Assembly (NCBI GenBank): GCA_964639595.1
Contig: CAZXEC010000001.1
Location: forward strand, 390,903-454,902
DNA: 64,000 nt
Reading direction: 5' to 3'
Origin: an uncultured Gammaproteobacteria bacterium
GTDB lineage: Bacteria; Patescibacteriota; Microgenomatia; CAZXEC01
Every line of letters starts with the position of its first letter. The first letter of the stretch is position 1. Position numbers and translations under genes: made by a program. Below are positions 1-9,994 of the stretch, piece by piece. The notes beneath the pieces were generated by a model. That model ran no database searches and was not told where the DNA came from. It saw nothing but the letters and a program-made list of their open reading frames with translations.

Positions 1-1
1 G

Positions 2-520
2 GTTCAGGTTAAAAAAAAGTACGATCTGTCTGGTCAGTACTTTTTGTTTGTGGGTGTGGGTATGAGAAAAAATTTAGCAATGGCTCGAAAGGTGATTATA
101 GAAAAATTTAAAGATTACCAATTGGTGGTAGTTGGCGCTAACATTGAAGAGAGACAACCATCTACGATTTTTTTGAATAATGTTTCGGCTGCTGATCTGG
201 CAACCCTGTATGCTGGCGCTCAAGCCCTACTTTACATTTCCTTTTATGAGGGTTTTGGCTTGCCCTTGCTGGAAGCTATGGCGGTAGGTTGTCCGGTTGT
301 TGCTTCTGATATCAATGTACTAGCAGAAATTTCCGGCGGAGCGGCTGTTTTGGTTGACTCTTATGACGAAGATAGTATTGCCTCAGGTGCAAGAAAAGCC
401 ATAGACTGTAAAGATGAATTGATAAAAAAAGGCTTTGACAGAGCCAAACAGTTTTCTTGGCAGGTATCCGCTTGGCAAACGCTGCAGGCTTATACTGAAG
501 TGTTTCAAGGAGGCAGTTGA
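2..520 (+). CDS. GT4 family glycosyltransferase (5'-truncated by window edge)
   Basis: Frame is open from position 2; GT4 motif YEGFGLPLLEAMAVGCPVV; C-terminal FSW. Confidence 0.9.
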   Translation, partial: VQVKKKYDLSGQYFLFVGVGMRKNLAMARKVIIEKFKDYQLVVVGANIEERQPSTIFLNNVSAADLATLYAGAQALLYISFYEGFGLPLLEAMAVGCPVVASDINVLAEISGGAAVLVDSYDEDSIASGARKAIDCKDELIKKGFDRAKQFSWQVSAWQTLQAYTEVFQGGS

Positions 521-1692
521 TGATTATTGGGATTGATGCCAATGAAGCCAATCAAAATCAAAAGGTAGGCATTGGCCAGTATGCTTACTGGATTATAAAA
601 AGCCTTTACCAGCTTGATACTAAAAATAGTTATTTGATTTACCTCAAAAATAAATTATTGTCAGGGATGCCCCAGGCCCGCCCCAATTGGCAATATCGAA
701 TCATCGGCCCATCTTGGTTGTGGACTCAATGGAGGCTGCCATGGTCGCTGATAGCAGATCGCCCCCAGCCTGATGTTTTTTTGTCCTTGACCCATTATGC
801 TCCCAGGTTTTGTCCGGTTCCCTTATTGGTATCAGTGATGGACTTATCCTACTTAGAATTTGGTGACTACTTTAAGAAATCTGATTTATATCAGCTCAAA
901 AACTGGACCAAATATTCAGTCGAGAGAGCAAACACTATTATCGCTATTTCCCAATCTACCAAAAATGACATCACCAAACATTACAAAATTGAGCCAGACA
1001 AAATTCATGTGGTTTATCCGGGATACGATCGGGAGAAATTTATGGTTGCCAAGAATGATGATAAATTACAGCAAATCAAGACTAAATATGGCATAGCCGG
1101 CCCATTTATTATATCAGTGGGAACTCTCCAACCCAGAAAAAATTACCTCAAATTGCTCGAGGCGTTGGCTAGGGTGAAGGGTGAAGGATTAAGGGTTAAG
1201 GGACAGGTAGGTCATTCCCTGTCCTCTTCCCCTTTTTCCCTTGACGCTTTACGCTTAGTGATTGCCGGCAAAAAAGGCTGGCTATATCATGATATTTTTA
1301 GCAAAGTCAAGGAACTTGGGCTGGAGAGGGACGTTGTATTTACTGATTTTATTGCTGATGATGATTTGGCTGTACTTTATAATTGCGCCCAAGCTTTTGT
1401 TTTAGTTTCTTTGTATGAAGGTTTTGGAATTCCAGTGGTAGAGGCGATGGCCTGCGGTTGTCCGGTAGTTGTTTCTAACATTTCCAGTTTGCCGGAAGTG
1501 TCAGGCGATGCCGGAATTTTGGTTGACCCCAACTCTGCTGATAATATTGCCCAGGGTATCATTGAGGCTTTAGATAAAAGAGAGGATTTATCAGCCAAAG
1601 CTTTAGTACAAGCTCAAAAATTTGATTGGCAAACTTCGGCCCGGCAAGTGCTACTGTTGCTGGAGGCAACCAGTAGGAACAAATCTCCTTAA
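517..1692 (+). CDS. GT4 family glycosyltransferase (mannosyltransferase-like)
   Basis: IGIDA N-terminus, VGTLQPRKN, YEGFGIPVVEAMACGCP; carries a repeat-derived insert at 1171-1257. Confidence 0.92.
   Translation: MMIIGIDANEANQNQKVGIGQYAYWIIKSLYQLDTKNSYLIYLKNKLLSGMPQARPNWQYRIIGPSWLWTQWRLPWSLIADRPQPDVFLSLTHYAPRFCPVPLLVSVMDLSYLEFGDYFKKSDLYQLKNWTKYSVERANTIIAISQSTKNDITKHYKIEPDKIHVVYPGYDREKFMVAKNDDKLQQIKTKYGIAGPFIISVGTLQPRKNYLKLLEALARVKGEGLRVKGQVGHSLSSSPFSLDALRLVIAGKKGWLYHDIFSKVKELGLERDVVFTDFIADDDLAVLYNCAQAFVLVSLYEGFGIPVVEAMACGCPVVVSNISSLPEVSGDAGILVDPNSADNIAQGIIEALDKREDLSAKALVQAQKFDWQTSARQVLLLLEATSRNKSP
1171..1257. repeat. Inverted pair of heptamer arrays inserted in-frame in GT4 gene
   Basis: AGGGTGA AGGGTGA AGGATTA AGGGTTA AGGGACA, spacer, then C-rich complementary-type units ending TTTCCCT TGACGCT TTACGCT; translates as RVKGEGLRVKGQVGHSLSSSPFSLDALR. 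Confidence 0.8.
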
Positions 1693-1713
1693 CATTCTTA
1701 CTGCACTTGATCT

Positions 1714-1743
1714 TTGATCCCTCTATCCGAGTTAGGCTATAAT
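1714..1743 (+). promoter_or_regulatory. sigma70-type promoter, probably leaderless
   Basis: TTGATC-18 nt-TATAAT; ATG (1750) 6 nt after the -10 box. Confidence 0.6.
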
Positions 1744-1749
1744 TAGCTT

Positions 1750-2352
1750 ATGCAAATTTTCCGCGACAAGGCTGGCAGGCCGCTGACTTTTCCTCAAGCC
1801 ACCCACAAAGGTGCCTCCAGAGCGGCTAGTTGGTTTCTGGATTTGGAGTTGTTACTCTTAACATGGACTGGCCTTGTGCCTTTACATTGGTTCAGGCTCC
1901 TAGCGTATTGGCTGGCTGGTATTCAAATAGGGCAAGGGTCAAGGATCCACATCGGTGCCAAGTTTTTTAATCCCTCTGGCATTAAGATTGGCCGTGATAC
2001 TATTATTGGCGACAATGTTTTTTTAGATGGCCGAGCTCCCCTTACCATCGGTAACCATGTAGATATAGCTTCACAGGTGCTGATTTATAATTCCCAGCAT
2101 GATATTGATGATGATCAGTTTGGTGCTGTTGATGGGTTGGTAGATATCGGCGATTATGCTTTTATCGGTCCCAGGGCCATCATCTTGCCCGGTGTGCAAA
2201 TCGGCCAGGGGGCAGTGCTAGCAGCCGGGGCAGTAGTGGCAGATGATGTGCTGGCATTTACGGTGGTAGGCGGTGTCCCTGCTAAGTTGATAAAAGAAAG
2301 AAATTTAAAAGATCCGCACTATGTGTTGGGGAGAGCCAGGCTGTTTCAATGA
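1750..2352 (+). CDS. Hexapeptide-repeat (left-handed beta-helix) O-acetyltransferase
   Basis: IQIGQGSRIHIG/IKIGRDTIIGDN repeats; ends VGGVPAKLIKER. Confidence 0.9.
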   Translation: MQIFRDKAGRPLTFPQATHKGASRAASWFLDLELLLLTWTGLVPLHWFRLLAYWLAGIQIGQGSRIHIGAKFFNPSGIKIGRDTIIGDNVFLDGRAPLTIGNHVDIASQVLIYNSQHDIDDDQFGAVDGLVDIGDYAFIGPRAIILPGVQIGQGAVLAAGAVVADDVLAFTVVGGVPAKLIKERNLKDPHYVLGRARLFQ

Positions 2353-2945
2353 ATAAATTGATTCAAGTATTTTGGTTGCCAAAATTCGATAATAAAAAAA
2401 AATCTTGGTCTTTATTAGCCCTATTACTTATTATATTACTTTATCTTCTTTTACCACCGCCTAAAGTTATAAGTTTGCCTGATGCTACAGTTTCTGATGA
2501 GCCTGGCGACACCATTCAAATTCAAGGAGTATCAGCTTATTTTACTAATATGACTCAAGAACAGGTGATTGATTATTATGGCCGGGAGTTTAGTCATTCT
2601 TCCTGGCTGGGGATAGCTATGCCAACTTTAGTATTTTCCAGGCCTGTTCAGGAAGCACACCAGTTTATCAATGATCAACTAATCACAACTTACCTTTTTG
2701 AATTTATCCACCCTTTCAGGGAATCTGTTTATGTTAATGGTTGGGTAGAGGGCAAACTGCCTCCGGTCTATAGGAGATGGATCAATCACTCCATAAATCC
2801 CAAGGGCATCCACTTTGACTCAAAAGTCACTGTCAGGCGGGTCGACTCCAGTCTGCTGGCTAGAGTTTTGGTAATGGTGGCGTCCCTCTACGGTATATTA
2901 ATGCTGGTTCGTATTACCAAAATAGTATTCTCCAATAAAATATGA
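2349..2945 (+). CDS. Hypothetical membrane protein (N- and C-terminal TM helices)
   Basis: ATGA overlap coupling on both sides; two hydrophobic stretches. Confidence 0.7.
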   Translation: MNKLIQVFWLPKFDNKKKSWSLLALLLIILLYLLLPPPKVISLPDATVSDEPGDTIQIQGVSAYFTNMTQEQVIDYYGREFSHSSWLGIAMPTLVFSRPVQEAHQFINDQLITTYLFEFIHPFRESVYVNGWVEGKLPPVYRRWINHSINPKGIHFDSKVTVRRVDSSLLARVLVMVASLYGILMLVRITKIVFSNKI

Positions 2946-3856
2946 CGGATTTATCTATCATCGTAGTCAGTTTTAATACTAAAAAATTACTGGAGGAATG
3001 TTTAAATAGTGTTTTTGATGATGCCCATGCTACTTCTTTAGAGGTTTGGGTAGTTGACAATGCTTCCACTGATGGTTCTGTCGAAATGGTGACACGGCGG
3101 TTCCCGCAAGTAAAAATTATTAAAAACGATCAAAATTGGGGATTTGCCAAGGCCAACAATCAAGCCATAACCAAGACCAGCGGCAGGTATATACTACTCC
3201 TAAACTCTGATACTGAAGTATTAGATGGTGCAATTGACAAAATGATCTTGTGGATGGATGCTCATTTACAGGTGGGTATATCTACCTGTCAACTGCTCAA
3301 TAGCGACCAGTCAATTCAGGCCTCTGGAGGGTTTTTCCCGACTATACCCAGGCTAATTTGTTGGATGTTATTTTTAGATGACTTGCCTGTTATCGGTAAA
3401 TTAATCAAGCCTTTCCATCCCCATTCTCCGGATTTTATATTTGCTGATGATCTGTACAATAAAGAGCATTTTCAGGATTGGGTCACAGGAGCTTTCTTTA
3501 TGGTGCGACGCGATGTGGTTGATAAAATAGGTATTCTGGATGATAATTTTTTTATGTATGTGGAAGAGATGGAGTACTGCTATAGAGCCAAACAAGCAGG
3601 TTTTGAGATTGCCTACGTTCCATTTGCCCAAATCCTCCATCATGGCGGAGGCAGTTCCGGCTTCTCGTCCAGAAATGCTATAGTGGGGGAGTATAAAGGC
3701 CTGGTGTATTTTTACAAAAAACATTTTTCTTTTTACACAACTGCCATTTCCGTGATATTTCTAAAATTAGGTGCAATTTTAAGATGGCTGATTTGGGGAG
3801 TTGCTTTAGGCCGCAAAGAAGCAAAGGAGGCTTATGGTCAAATCATATTTGGCTAG
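2942..3856 (+). CDS. GT2 family glycosyltransferase (WbbL/rhamnosyltransferase-like)
   Basis: LSIIVVSFN, VVDNASTDGS, LLLNSD, FFMYVEEMEYCYR. Confidence 0.92.
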   Translation: MTDLSIIVVSFNTKKLLEECLNSVFDDAHATSLEVWVVDNASTDGSVEMVTRRFPQVKIIKNDQNWGFAKANNQAITKTSGRYILLLNSDTEVLDGAIDKMILWMDAHLQVGISTCQLLNSDQSIQASGGFFPTIPRLICWMLFLDDLPVIGKLIKPFHPHSPDFIFADDLYNKEHFQDWVTGAFFMVRRDVVDKIGILDDNFFMYVEEMEYCYRAKQAGFEIAYVPFAQILHHGGGSSGFSSRNAIVGEYKGLVYFYKKHFSFYTTAISVIFLKLGAILRWLIWGVALGRKEAKEAYGQIIFG

Positions 3857-5270
3857 TTTGAATCTTGCCAACTGGTTAGTGGTAATTTTGTTAATATTTA
3901 TCCCGCTTTATCCCAAAATTCCCTTGTTCACAGTGCCGGGAACTTATGTCGCAATAAGGATTGAAGACTTCTTGATTATGGCGTCGTTTTTATTTTGGTT
4001 ATCCCTTTGTGGCGGGTTTAAGAAGCTTGGCCAAAACGATACACATTGGGCCATTTGGGCGTTTTTGGTGATTGGTATCATATCACTGTCTAGTGCTGTG
4101 TTGGTTACTGCGAGCATTGCTCCTCACCTGGGATTATTGCATTTCTTAAGAAGGGTTGAGTACCTGTTGCCTTTCTTAATGGTGGTGGGCAGCCTGACCA
4201 ATATCAAACAACTGGTAGCTTACCAGGTCGTTTTATTTACCGGTGTAGTAGGGGTTTGTTTGTATGGATTTGGGCAGAAATTTTTATCCTTTCCAGTTAT
4301 TTCTACCATGAATGAAGAGTTTTCTAAAGGTTTGATGCTTTCCTTAACCTCCAATGCCCGGGTCAATTCCACCTTCGCCGGCCATTATGATTTGGCAATC
4401 TACCTGGCGATGATGATTGTCTTAGGAATCAGTATCCTCTTGGCGCCAACGACTAAATCCATAAAAATTATTTTAAGTGCTGTTTTATTCCTATCTTTTG
4501 GACTGTTGTTGTTGACCGTTTCCCAGATTGCTTATCTGGCAACTTTTATAGGAGTTTTGTTTCTTCTGTATATGTACGGTAAGAAAAAAATAATTTTAGC
4601 ATTATTTATCGGTTCAATCATGATAGCCTTAGGCTTTGCTCCTTTAAGGCAGAGACTTCTAGACACGGCATTTGTTAACCTTAATTATTTTTCCAGCCGG
4701 TTTTTTGGCCAGTTGGTTAGCCCGCTGGTTGAACAGGAAGGCCAGCTTCCAACTGAAGCTCTGGTAACTTATCAGACAGTAGAAAAGTCCGCCACTCATT
4801 CATCCACTGTCGCTTCGGTTGCCAACATTAGTACACCTTTCGGACAACGACGCCCTGATTTGGGGGTAGTTTATTCTTCAGGAGTAAGATTTGATGTGGA
4901 ATGGCCAAGAGCCATAAGGGCCTTCTTGAAAAATCCACTACTCGGCACCGGTTATTCATCTTTAGGCTTGTCTACAGATAATGATTATCTTCGGGTTTTA
5001 GGGGAAGTTGGGTTACTGGGTTTTTGGGCTTTTTTGCTTGTGATTGCCAGCATTGCCAAAAAGGGTTGGGTAATGGTAAAAAGCCCAAATTGGCAGGTAA
5101 GAAGCCAGACGTTAGGATTATTAACAGTCGGGGTAGTGTTTTTTGTCGGGGCGATATTTATTGATGTTTTTGAAGCATCGAAAATTGCTATTATATTTTG
5201 GATGCTTGCTGGAATGTTAGTCGGGTTGTATAACTTAACAGTCAAGAATAACAACTGGCAAGATAATTGA
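3834..5270 (+). CDS. O-antigen ligase/polymerase-like (Wzy_C) polytopic membrane protein
   Basis: Many TM segments; RVNSTF; NPLLGTGY...DNDYLRVLGEVGLLG. Confidence 0.8.
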   Translation: MVKSYLASLNLANWLVVILLIFIPLYPKIPLFTVPGTYVAIRIEDFLIMASFLFWLSLCGGFKKLGQNDTHWAIWAFLVIGIISLSSAVLVTASIAPHLGLLHFLRRVEYLLPFLMVVGSLTNIKQLVAYQVVLFTGVVGVCLYGFGQKFLSFPVISTMNEEFSKGLMLSLTSNARVNSTFAGHYDLAIYLAMMIVLGISILLAPTTKSIKIILSAVLFLSFGLLLLTVSQIAYLATFIGVLFLLYMYGKKKIILALFIGSIMIALGFAPLRQRLLDTAFVNLNYFSSRFFGQLVSPLVEQEGQLPTEALVTYQTVEKSATHSSTVASVANISTPFGQRRPDLGVVYSSGVRFDVEWPRAIRAFLKNPLLGTGYSSLGLSTDNDYLRVLGEVGLLGFWAFLLVIASIAKKGWVMVKSPNWQVRSQTLGLLTVGVVFFVGAIFIDVFEASKIAIIFWMLAGMLVGLYNLTVKNNNWQDN

Positions 5271-5288
5271 CTATAAAAATGGCCTAGC

Positions 5289-6752
5289 ATGAAGAAATTA
5301 TTCATAAATTATTGGTTGATTTTGCTCTTGATTATTATTGCCGCCTTTTGGGTGCGCCAATACAGAATCAATATTCCTTTGGGGGATTGGCATTCCTGGA
5401 GGCAGGCAGATACTGCTGCTGTTTCCAGAAATTTTATCAAAGAAGGGTTTGACCTGCTGCATCCCAAATATGATGATATGTCTCCAGTATCCGAGGAATC
5501 ACTACCCAACCCGCAACATCTTCGCTTTGTAGAATTTCCTGTTTATAGTGCTTTGGTTGGTTTAATCTATGTGGCTTTGGGCCAAGTGGAAGTTATCTAT
5601 GGCAGGCAAACATCAGTAGTGTTTTCCTTATTTTCAATAGTATTTTTATATCTTTTGGTTAGGAAGTTTTTAGGCCAAAAAATCGCTCTGTTGTCAGCAG
5701 CGTTTTTTGCCTTCTTACCGTATAATATTTATTTTTCTAGAGTTTTTTTACCAGAGCCAATGATGATTTTTGCATCCCTGGCTGCTCTTTATTTTTTCAC
5801 TAAGTTTCTAGAGGTTGACATTAATACAGAGATCAATTTGCCCAAAACGGTATTTTTTATCTTGACAGTTATTTGTTTGGCTGTGGCATTTTTGACCAAG
5901 CCGTATATGCTTTATTTGGCTTTGCCAATGCTCTACTTGTCATACCATTATCAAGGTTTCAGAGTCTTTACCAATCCGTGGTTATATTTGTTAGCATTCT
6001 TATCGCTGGCGCCTCTTATGGCGTGGAGGTTATGGATCTTGCAGTACCCTGAAGGAGTCCCCAGAGCAGCTTGGCTTTTTAATGGTGATAATATTCGCTA
6101 TAAAGGGGCTTTTTTGTATTGGATAATTGGAGAAAGGCTAGGAAAGGAGATTTTGACAGTTGCCGGATTTGCCCTGGCTACTATTGGATCAGTTATTCGT
6201 CCAAAAACAGGGCAAACATGGGTTTTCCACTGGTGGCTGCTTGGGGTCATTTTGTATGTGATAATTGTGGCTCGTGGTAATGTGGAGCATGATTATTATC
6301 AAATTCCTTTGGTACCAATCCTGTCAGTAATGATGGCCAGAGGAGTGAATTTTCTGGTTTTTGATACAGGGCCATTGTTAGTTCGATGGATCTCAATTCC
6401 AGTGGCCATTTTCTTTATGCTTTTGACTTTTGCTTTGGGTTGGTATCAAGTCAGAGGATTTTATCAAATTAACCATGGAGAAATCATGCAGGCTGGGGAT
6501 GTAGCTCGCCAGATTTTACCAAAAGATGCCAAAGTCATTGCTCCTTATAATGGAGATACGGCATTTTTATATCAACTGGATCGTGTTGGCTGGCCTGTGG
6601 TCTACACTTCAATTGACGAGATGATCAAGCTGGGCGCGACCCATTATGTTTCAGTATCATATGACGCCCAAACCAATGAGATTATGAATAAATACCAAAT
6701 TATTCACCAGGCTTCTAATTTTGTCATAGTCGATTTGACGAAAACCAAGTAG
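5289..6752 (+). CDS. GT-C fold glycosyltransferase (ArnT/PMT_2-like)
   Basis: WHSWRQADTAAVSRNF, EFPVY, SRVFLPEP; multiple TM segments. Confidence 0.82.
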   Translation: MKKLFINYWLILLLIIIAAFWVRQYRINIPLGDWHSWRQADTAAVSRNFIKEGFDLLHPKYDDMSPVSEESLPNPQHLRFVEFPVYSALVGLIYVALGQVEVIYGRQTSVVFSLFSIVFLYLLVRKFLGQKIALLSAAFFAFLPYNIYFSRVFLPEPMMIFASLAALYFFTKFLEVDINTEINLPKTVFFILTVICLAVAFLTKPYMLYLALPMLYLSYHYQGFRVFTNPWLYLLAFLSLAPLMAWRLWILQYPEGVPRAAWLFNGDNIRYKGAFLYWIIGERLGKEILTVAGFALATIGSVIRPKTGQTWVFHWWLLGVILYVIIVARGNVEHDYYQIPLVPILSVMMARGVNFLVFDTGPLLVRWISIPVAIFFMLLTFALGWYQVRGFYQINHGEIMQAGDVARQILPKDAKVIAPYNGDTAFLYQLDRVGWPVVYTSIDEMIKLGATHYVSVSYDAQTNEIMNKYQIIHQASNFVIVDLTKTK

Positions 6753-6759
6753 TTTTTCT

Positions 6760-7953
6760 ATGAAGATTTTAATGATTACCCCCTATTTGCCATATCCCTT
6801 AGTATCAGGTGGCCAAATCAGAACCTATAATCTGCTAAAAAAACTCAAAGATAGACACGAGATCACCTTATTTGCCTTCATCCGTCGTCAGGAAGAAAGG
6901 CAACATGTCTCTCAGTTATCAAAATTTTGTCATAAGATAGTTTTAGTGGAAAGGCGGCCGGCTTGGTCGTTTTTCAATATTAGTATTGCCGGCTTTTCGC
7001 CCTTTCCGTTCATTATTGCCATCTACTACTCCAGGACTGTTAAGAAATTACTGACACAGGAATTAAAAGAGCGAGCTTATGATCTGATTCATGCCGAAAC
7101 GTTTTATACGATGCCTAATTTACCCCGATCAACTGTGCCGATTTTATTGGTTGAACAAACCATTGAATTTTTAGTCTATCAGCATTTTGTTGAGGAACTA
7201 AAAATTTTCTTCTTAAAACCACTGCTGTACCTTGATGTATTAAAAATTAAATTATGGGAAAAGTACTTCTGGCAAAAGGCCAGTCGGGTAGTGGCGATGT
7301 CTCAAGCAGACCAAGAAATTATGAAGCAGACCTCGCCAGGCCTGCAGGTGGATATTGTTCCCAATGGTGTTGATATAGAATTTTTTTCCAGCCAACATAA
7401 AGAAGAAGAGTCGCCCCCCATGATTTTATTTGTTGGCAATTTTAGTTGGTTACAAAACAGAGAAGCCGCTGTAGTGCTGGTTAAAGAGGTTTGGCCATAC
7501 ATTAAAAAGGAAATTCCCGAAGCCAAAATTTGGATTGTAGGCAGGAATCCCAGCGATTCTATCAAGAAATTAGCCAGCGATTCCGTAATTGTCGATGAAT
7601 CGCAAGAAGACATCAGACAAGCGTATAGAAGAGCGAGTATTTTAGTAGCGCCTATCAAAGGCGGAGGTGGAACTCGGTATAAGATTTTAGAAGCTATGGC
7701 ATCAAGGTTGCCTGTTATTACCACTTCCATAGGTATTGAAGGCCTGGATGCCAAGGATGGCAGGGAAGTTATCATTCGCGATGATGCAAAATTAATTGCT
7801 CAAGCAACTGTTGAATTATTAAAAGACAGGACAAAATACCAACAAATTGCCGATTCTGCTCACCTGTTTGTTGCTCAGAAATATAACTGGTCTAATATTG
7901 CCAATAAGCTTGATAGGATCTATCAGGAGGTAGCCAGTGGAAGGGATGCGTAA
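6760..7953 (+). CDS. GT4 family glycosyltransferase
   Basis: PYLPYPLVSGGQIR, VPNGVD, GGGTRYKILEAMAS. Confidence 0.92.
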   Translation: MKILMITPYLPYPLVSGGQIRTYNLLKKLKDRHEITLFAFIRRQEERQHVSQLSKFCHKIVLVERRPAWSFFNISIAGFSPFPFIIAIYYSRTVKKLLTQELKERAYDLIHAETFYTMPNLPRSTVPILLVEQTIEFLVYQHFVEELKIFFLKPLLYLDVLKIKLWEKYFWQKASRVVAMSQADQEIMKQTSPGLQVDIVPNGVDIEFFSSQHKEEESPPMILFVGNFSWLQNREAAVVLVKEVWPYIKKEIPEAKIWIVGRNPSDSIKKLASDSVIVDESQEDIRQAYRRASILVAPIKGGGGTRYKILEAMASRLPVITTSIGIEGLDAKDGREVIIRDDAKLIAQATVELLKDRTKYQQIADSAHLFVAQKYNWSNIANKLDRIYQEVASGRDA

Positions 7954-8842
7954 GTTAGCAGTAGTGATTGTTAACTATAAGGCGGGAGACATTCTCCAGG
8001 ATTGCTTAGAAGCTCTCGTAAGACCACAAACTAACCTTGATATGGAGATTTGGGTAGTTGACAATGCTTCCGGTGATGGCAGTCCGGCTATGATCAAAAA
8101 AAAGTTTGCCCAAGTGAAATTAATAGAGAACTCTAGTAACTTGGGTTATGCCAAAGCTAATAATATTGCCCTGAAGCAAATCGACGCCGAGTACGTGCTA
8201 CTTCTTAATCCTGACTGCGTCGTTGATGAAAATACTATATTTTTTATGCTGGGTTTTATGGACAAATACCCCAAAGTGGGCGCATCTACCTGTCTGGTGG
8301 TTTTGGCAGATGGTCAGATTGACTGGGCTTGCCATCGGGGTTTTCCTAGCCCTTGGGCAGCTCTGACATATTTTTTCGGGCTGGAAAGACAATTCCCCAG
8401 AGCCAAATTATTGAGCCAGTACCACCAAACTTATAAAAATCTTAACGAGATACACGAAATTGATTCACCATCAGGGGCGTTTTTTTTAATCAGGAAGCAG
8501 GTGATTGATCAAGTCGGCTTTCTTGATGAGGATTATTTTATGTATGGAGAGGACATTGACTGGTCGTTTAGGGTAAAACAAGCAGGATGGAGAATTATGT
8601 ATATTCCAGAAGTAAAAGCCACACACTACAAAGGTATTTCTTCAGGAATCAAACAACATTCACAGGAGCAATCAACAGCTGATGATGAAACTAAGGTAAG
8701 ATCGACCAAAGCATTCTATGAAGCGATGAAAATTTTTTATCGAAAACATTACCATTCCCGATACTTTTTTCTAGTTAATTGGTTAGTATACTTGGCTATT
8801 GATTATAAATTGAAAAAAGCTTTGTCTGAAATAAGGAATTGA
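7937..8842 (+). CDS. GT2 family glycosyltransferase
   Basis: VVDNASGDGS, LLLNPD, YFMYGEDIDW; start GTG 7937 (GGAGG upstream) or ATG 7946. Confidence 0.92.
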   Translation: MEGMRKLAVVIVNYKAGDILQDCLEALVRPQTNLDMEIWVVDNASGDGSPAMIKKKFAQVKLIENSSNLGYAKANNIALKQIDAEYVLLLNPDCVVDENTIFFMLGFMDKYPKVGASTCLVVLADGQIDWACHRGFPSPWAALTYFFGLERQFPRAKLLSQYHQTYKNLNEIHEIDSPSGAFFLIRKQVIDQVGFLDEDYFMYGEDIDWSFRVKQAGWRIMYIPEVKATHYKGISSGIKQHSQEQSTADDETKVRSTKAFYEAMKIFYRKHYHSRYFFLVNWLVYLAIDYKLKKALSEIRN

Positions 8843-8851
8843 AAGATCCAT

Positions 8852-9994
8852 ATGAGAATTGGCATAGATGCTAGATTTTGGGGACCAGCAGGTACTGGTT
8901 TAGGTAAATATATAGAAAAATTAGTCCTTAACTTAGAAAAAACAGATCATCAGAATGACTATTTTGTTTTTTTAAGGAAAAATAATTTCGACCTGTTTGA
9001 GCCACGATCTAAGAATTTCCATAAAGTACAAGCTGATATTAACTGGTATAGCCTGGCAGAGCAATTATTTATGCCAGCTGTTATTAAAAGTGCCAATCTG
9101 GATTTGATGCATTTTGGGCACTTTAATGTACCGCTTTTTTATTTTGGCCGTTTTGTAGTCACAATTCATGACCTGATCAAAAGTGAATTTGCCCATAAGT
9201 CTGCCACAATCAGATCTCCGATCATTTATTATCTGAAGCATAAAGCCTACAATTTAGTTTTATCAAGAGCTATCTTATCATCTGCCAAGATTATCACTCC
9301 CAGCCAGTGGGTCAAAAAGAGAATCCTAGAAGAGTTTTCTGTGAACCCCGATAAAATAGTAGTTTGCTATGAAGCCACAGACGAAAAGTTACAGGATGAT
9401 GATCCAGACCCCCAAAAAATCAGCGAAACCCTCGATAGGTACCAAGTTTTAGGCCAGCAGTATCTTATTTATATAGGGAACATTTATCCGCACAAAAATA
9501 TTACTCGACTATTACAGGCGATCAAAATAATTGTTCAAAATCCAGCATTGTTTAATCTGAAGTTAATCATTGGTTGTCCGCGTGATGTTTTTTGGCAAAG
9601 ATTAGCTAGAGAGATCCTAGCTCTGGATTTGAGTCAAGTCATTATCACGCCCGGATATATACCGGCTGAAGATCTGGCTATCTTGTTCAGGTATGCCCAA
9701 GCTTACGTTTTTCCATCATTATCAGAAGGTTTTGGCCTACCAGGTCTTGATGCTATGCAGGCAGGTTTACCAGTTGTAGCATCAGACGCTTCATGCTTGC
9801 CAGAGATTTATCAACAGGCTGCACTCTATTTTGATCCGCTCTCGATTGATGATATAGCGGATAAAATAACCCAAATCCTGACAGATGAGAACCTACGTGG
9901 AAATTTAATCAAGGAGGGCTACAAAAGAGCTAAGCAGTTTTCTTGGAAGAAAATGGCTCAAGAAACTCTTGCGGTCTATCAAGATGTCATTTAA
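8852..9994 (+). CDS. GT4 family glycosyltransferase
   Basis: MRIGIDAR, TIHDL, PSLSEGFGLPGLDAM. Confidence 0.92.
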   Translation: MRIGIDARFWGPAGTGLGKYIEKLVLNLEKTDHQNDYFVFLRKNNFDLFEPRSKNFHKVQADINWYSLAEQLFMPAVIKSANLDLMHFGHFNVPLFYFGRFVVTIHDLIKSEFAHKSATIRSPIIYYLKHKAYNLVLSRAILSSAKIITPSQWVKKRILEEFSVNPDKIVVCYEATDEKLQDDDPDPQKISETLDRYQVLGQQYLIYIGNIYPHKNITRLLQAIKIIVQNPALFNLKLIIGCPRDVFWQRLAREILALDLSQVIITPGYIPAEDLAILFRYAQAYVFPSLSEGFGLPGLDAMQAGLPVVASDASCLPEIYQQAALYFDPLSIDDIADKITQILTDENLRGNLIKEGYKRAKQFSWKKMAQETLAVYQDVI